NCBI GenBank assembly: GCA_028711115.1
Contig: JAQTSV010000001.1
Coordinates: 1,176,928 to 1,240,927 of the forward strand
Direction of reading: 5' to 3'
From: Candidatus Omnitrophota bacterium
Lineage (GTDB): Bacteria > Omnitrophota > Gorgyraeia > Velamenicoccales > JABMQK01
DNA: 64,000 nt
The notes under the pieces were generated by a model that saw only the letters and a list, made by a program, of their open reading frames with translations, was not told the origin of the DNA and did no database searches. Below, one piece after another: positions 60,777-64,000 of this stretch. Numbering within the stretch: the first letter of the stretch is position 1; every line of letters begins with the position of its first letter. Position numbers and translations under genes: made by a program.

Positions 60777-60897
60777 GGCCCTTTAGCTTTGCCTGCTAAT
60801 TTACCAATCAGCAGATTCGCCGGGTTTTCTCCGGCAAATGCCCCATTCTTTCGACCCTTTTACGGTTCGGCCGTTCCGACCGAATGGTTTGCCCTTT
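60777..60897 (-). ncRNA. candidate structured RNA element (three or four hairpins) in the pilC-pilA intergenic region; strand and function unknown
   Basis: A locally GC-rich 120 nt within an AT-rich spacer. Pairings: GGCAAA+CCATTC (60833..60848) with GAATGG+TTTGCC (60882..60893); an inner hairpin near 60860..60881; GCCGG/CCGGC (60819..60835); and CTGCTAAT/ATCAGCAG (60793..60814). Confidence 0.3.
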
Positions 60898-60985
60898 ACA
60901 ATAAACCTTCTCAAAGAACTATCTTCTATTTTAAGTGTAACACAAATATATGCCTATTTCAAGGCTATACGGTATGCTTAAGCTA

Positions 60986-62182
60986 TTATCTACCAAGCAG
61001 TTCGGTAATCTTAAATATGGGCAGAAATAGCGATACAACTATTCCTCCGATAATTATACCCAAGAAAGCAATAACCAGCGGTTCTATCATAGAGACTAAA
61101 CCGCTTACAGCGGCGTCCACCTGTTCTTCGTAGAAATCGGCTATTTTATTAAGCATCTTCTCCAGCTGACCAGTCTGTTCTCCCACAGAAATCATCCTTA
61201 CCACCATGGGAGGAAAAACATTGCCTTTGGATAAAGGGCCGGAGATTGGCTCTCCTTCTTTGATAGAGGAACAGGCATTGGTTACATTTTCCTCCACGAT
61301 TTTATTGCCGGCTGTTTTGCCCACAATGTTTAGCGCATTTATAATAGGAACTCCACTCTGGACCAACGTAGCCAAAGTCCTCGAGAATTTTGCTACCGCC
61401 ACATTCCTGAATAACGGCCCGAACACAGGAAGCCTGAGAAGGGTTTGATCAAATTTATAGCGGCCGCCGGAAGTGGAAATATATTTTTTGAATAAAAACG
61501 CCAGGGAAAACACTACTACCACAGCTAAAATAAAATTCTTTCTCATGGTATCGCTGACTGCGATTAAAATCTGCGTAGGCAAAGGCAGGGTTCCGCCCAA
61601 AGTATCGAATATATTTTTAAATATCGGGACTACTTTGACTAACAAAACTATAGTGATGATAAAGGCCATGCTTATAACCACAGCAGGGTATACAAGGCTT
61701 GAGCGGACTTTTCTCTGCAGGGCATTGGCCTTCTCTAAATAAGTAGCCAAGCGATCCAAAATAGTATCTAACTTACCGGATGTCTCTCCGGCCTTTACCA
61801 TATTTATATATAACTCTGAGAAAACGCGGGGATGTTTAGCCAAGGAATCACATAAATTGGCACCGCCTTCAATATCCTTCCTGATTGTCTGAGTGGTAAC
61901 AGACAGAGTCTTATTCTCCGTCTGTTCTGCCAAAATAGATAAGGCCTGGACTACGGAAATACCGCTGTCAACCATAGTAGCCAACTGGCGAGAAAACATA
62001 ACCAAATCTTCCAGCTTGACTCCCTTTTTTCTGAAAACCTTCTCCTTCTCGAGCGACAAACTGATAATTGTCAGGCCTCTCTTATGCAGAAGGGAAACGA
62101 CTGCGGGGTTATCCGCTGCCTCTATCGTCCCGTTTAAAGTTTTGCCCCGGATATCTTTTGCTACATAATGAAATTGTGGCAT
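60986..62182 (-). CDS. pilC: type IV pilus platform protein (GspF family)
   Basis: 398 aa. Has two GspF repeats, three TM segments and the conserved C-terminal IIGGIVVSLFLPIF. Confidence 0.9.
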   Translation of the reverse strand: MPQFHYVAKDIRGKTLNGTIEAADNPAVVSLLHKRGLTIISLSLEKEKVFRKKGVKLEDLVMFSRQLATMVDSGISVVQALSILAEQTENKTLSVTTQTIRKDIEGGANLCDSLAKHPRVFSELYINMVKAGETSGKLDTILDRLATYLEKANALQRKVRSSLVYPAVVISMAFIITIVLLVKVVPIFKNIFDTLGGTLPLPTQILIAVSDTMRKNFILAVVVVFSLAFLFKKYISTSGGRYKFDQTLLRLPVFGPLFRNVAVAKFSRTLATLVQSGVPIINALNIVGKTAGNKIVEENVTNACSSIKEGEPISGPLSKGNVFPPMVVRMISVGEQTGQLEKMLNKIADFYEEQVDAAVSGLVSMIEPLVIAFLGIIIGGIVVSLFLPIFKITELLGR

Positions 62183-62240
62183 GGTTTTAAACCTTTCTCT
62201 AAAATATATTTTAGCCCAAATTAAAATTAACTACAACAGA

Positions 62241-63305
62241 TTAAAATCTATTTACCACTTTTAAAAATACTGCGACTACCTTGGGGTCGAATTGGGCGCC
62301 GCTGCATTTCTTTATCTCTGCCACAGCTTCTTCCTTGGCAAGCGGCGTGGTTCTGTAGGGACGTGCACTGGTCATAGCATCATATGTATCAGCCACAGCC
62401 ATAATCCTTGCGCCCAAATCAATCTGTTCACCTTTCAACCCGGTAGGATAACCCTGGCCGTCATAGCGTTCGTGATGCTGTTTGACAATCCTGATGACTC
62501 CTTCCAAGAAAGTCAACGGTTCCAAAATCTGCGCGCCCTTCAAGGCGTGGAGCTTGACTTCTTCAAACTCTTCAGGAGTTAATTTGCCTGCTTTAGTTAA
62601 GATGTAATCATGCACGCCAATCTTGCCTAAATCGTGCAGCTGGCAAGCGTCTGTTATCTCCTCTATCTTTTGCGTATCCAAGCCCATCTCCACGGCCATT
62701 ATATCCGCATACTTCGTGACATTTTCAGAGTGGCTATGTGTATAGTGGTCACGTGCGTCTATGGCCTGGGCTAATGCCTTAATTGTACGCATATAAGTAT
62801 CTCTTAAGTCTTCATAAAGCTGCGTAAGATTTTTGGTACTCTCTTCTATTCTCTTTGCCAACATAATATTTTGCCTCTGTAAAGATATATTGCGCTCCTC
62901 CAGGCTGTTCAAGGCAAGTGAGCTGTTAATTAAATACTTTCTCTGCAGCATCGCTCTCCTAGTCGTAAAATAAACTTCTTCCGGCTGGGGCGGCTTTTTT
63001 ACATAATCATAAACTCCGTGGCTAAATGCCTCCTGCATCAGATTTATTGCATCCTGCGGAATTAAAGCAACGATTATAATATTTAAATCTCTCTTTTTGA
63101 ACTCTCTTATCATATATAACGGGTCCATATCAGAAAGAGTCATCGCCAAATAAACTATATCCACCCTATTAGTGCTAAAACTGTCTACTCCCTGTTTGCC
63201 GTTATAGGCAATGTTGACGTCGAAACCGCGATTCATCAAGATAATCCTTATCAAGCTGCTGCTTTTTTCTTCAGAATCAATAATTAAAATTTTTCCTTCT
63301 GACAT
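62241..63305 (-). CDS. degenerate receiver domain fused to an HD-GYP c-di-GMP phosphodiesterase domain
   Basis: The ATG at 63305 (MSEGKILIIDSEE) is preceded by GAGGTG. The receiver fold has Ala at the phospho-acceptor position (DIVYLAMTLSDMDP). The HD-GYP motifs HDLGK and HHERYDGQGYP are present. Confidence 0.8.
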   Translation of the reverse strand: MSEGKILIIDSEEKSSSLIRIILMNRGFDVNIAYNGKQGVDSFSTNRVDIVYLAMTLSDMDPLYMIREFKKRDLNIIIVALIPQDAINLMQEAFSHGVYDYVKKPPQPEEVYFTTRRAMLQRKYLINSSLALNSLEERNISLQRQNIMLAKRIEESTKNLTQLYEDLRDTYMRTIKALAQAIDARDHYTHSHSENVTKYADIMAVEMGLDTQKIEEITDACQLHDLGKIGVHDYILTKAGKLTPEEFEEVKLHALKGAQILEPLTFLEGVIRIVKQHHERYDGQGYPTGLKGEQIDLGARIMAVADTYDAMTSARPYRTTPLAKEEAVAEIKKCSGAQFDPKVVAVFLKVVNRF

Positions 63306-63319
63306 ATTTTCACCTCGGC

Positions 63320-64000
63320 CTATTCCTGTGTAGTAACTCTGATAACTTCTTCCAAAGTGGTTATACCCTGCAGCCACTTCTCTAACGCATCGTCACGCAG
63401 CGTCTTAAATCCTCTGTTTTTAACCACAAAATCTTTTATCTGGTCGCTGGATGCCTTGTTTATGATTAAACCTCTAATCTCATCGTCAATCATAATTACT
63501 TCGTGTATGCCTATGCGTTCAAAATATCCGGTATTGTTGCAATAACTGCATCCTGCGCCAACATAAAAAGTAGGATTATTCTTTTGCTTTACAAAATCAT
63601 AAATGCCTATTTTCTCCAATGTCTCCCGGGAGATGTTATCAGGTGTTTTACACCGCGGGCATATACGCCGGCAAAGCCTCTGGGCCGAACTCAACACAAG
63701 GCTGGAGGCAATCAGAAATGATTCAACGCCCATATCTATAAGCCGTGTGATTGCACCGCAGGCATCATTTGTATGCAGAGTGGAAAGCACCAGTTGCCCT
63801 GTCAAAGAAGCCTTGATGGCAATATCTGCCGTCTCAAAATCACGAATTTCGCCCACCAAAATAATATCGGGGCTCTGTCTTAATATGGAACGCAAACCAG
63901 AGGCAAAGCTAAGCCCTATCTCCGGTTTTACCTGAAGCTGCGTAATCCCTTCAACCTGATATTCCACAGGATCCTCAACGGTAACAATATTTCTATTGGG
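63320..64000 (-). CDS. pilB: type IV pilus assembly ATPase (GspE/PilB family), C-terminal part; gene runs off the window end
   Basis: The frame stays open to 64000 ([19 protein letters not shown]...). It has [28 protein letters not shown] and a C-terminal tetracysteine CPRCK...CSYCNNTGY, typical of PilB/GspE rather than PilT. Confidence 0.85.
   Translation of the reverse strand, partial: PNRNIVTVEDPVEYQVEGITQLQVKPEIGLSFASGLRSILRQSPDIILVGEIRDFETADIAIKASLTGQLVLSTLHTNDACGAITRLIDMGVESFLIASSLVLSSAQRLCRRICPRCKTPDNISRETLEKIGIYDFVKQKNNPTFYVGAGCSYCNNTGYFERIGIHEVIMIDDEIRGLIINKASSDQIKDFVVKNRGFKTLRDDALEKWLQGITTLEEVIRVTTQE

Noticed and set aside
60777-60897. Calling the pilC-pilA element a bona fide c-di-GMP-I (GEMM-I) riboswitch
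   Set aside because: Only the GGGCAAACCATTC / GAAAGAATGGG halves resemble the aptamer. The conserved ACGCAAAGCC junction is missing, there is no closed GNRA tetraloop or receptor, and a 29-nt insertion is present. The element also lies upstream of the likeliest pilA promoter. It is kept only as an unclassified structured element.
60789-61133. 114-aa plus-strand ORF spanning the pilC 3' end and the structured spacer
   Set aside because: It overlaps pilC antisense for 148 nt, has no Shine-Dalgarno sequence and resembles no known family. The GC-rich stretch that keeps it open is better explained by RNA hairpins.

Overview
This is a 64 kb, visibly AT-rich bacterial chromosomal segment. Every credible gene lies on the minus strand: about 62 CDS plus one 16S-tRNAIle-tRNAAla-23S-5S operon. 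The plus-strand ORFs in the track all look like antisense shadows.

Gene content in transcription order (high to low coordinates):
- A type IV pilus (T4P) locus: pilB (partial), a degenerate-receiver/HD-GYP gene, pilC, pilA, three minor pilins (one a 559-aa PilX_N-type protein), a small membrane protein and pilMNOPQ.
- A truncated TIGR03936-like gene and rng.
- rplU-obg-proB-proA-nadD-rpe-PGM/PMM-plsC-rpsA-tyrS.
- The rRNA operon.
- An accessory-looking patch: an unknown exported protein, an orphan pilin, recG, three tandem pilin paralogs and a CHASE2-GGDEF cyclase.
- rsmD-coaD-yceD-[GIY-YIG]-rpmF-plsX-fabD-fabG-acpP-fabF.
- leuC-leuD-leuB, asd, truA, a GT-C-like membrane protein, and rplM-rpsI.
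- A 12-gene argCJBDFGH-lysA-dapF-dapA-dapB-dapL block, followed by the first codons of folK.

No CRISPR array, transposase, integrase or prophage genes were seen.

Most interesting leads:
1. A small GIY-YIG nuclease ORF is nested between the arms of a 14-bp perfect inverted repeat upstream of rpmF. An ORF-less copy of the same element, with a hairpin carrying a compensatory base-pair change, lies upstream of argB.
2. Three tandem pilin paralogs have near-identical 5' modules, divergent centres and Ala at the -1 cleavage position. They sit between a CHASE2-GGDEF cyclase and recG.
3. The T4P locus has a receiver domain lacking its phospho-acceptor Asp, fused to HD-GYP, between pilB and pilC. It also has a GC-rich multi-hairpin element between pilC and pilA, and a minor pilin with EF-hand-like calcium loops.
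4. The rRNA leader places a consensus promoter upstream of a terminator-like hairpin and a boxA-like element.

All functional calls rest on motif recognition by eye. No database search was run. A PVC-type or candidate-phylum origin is only a guess, based on the pilin expansion and the AT-rich composition.
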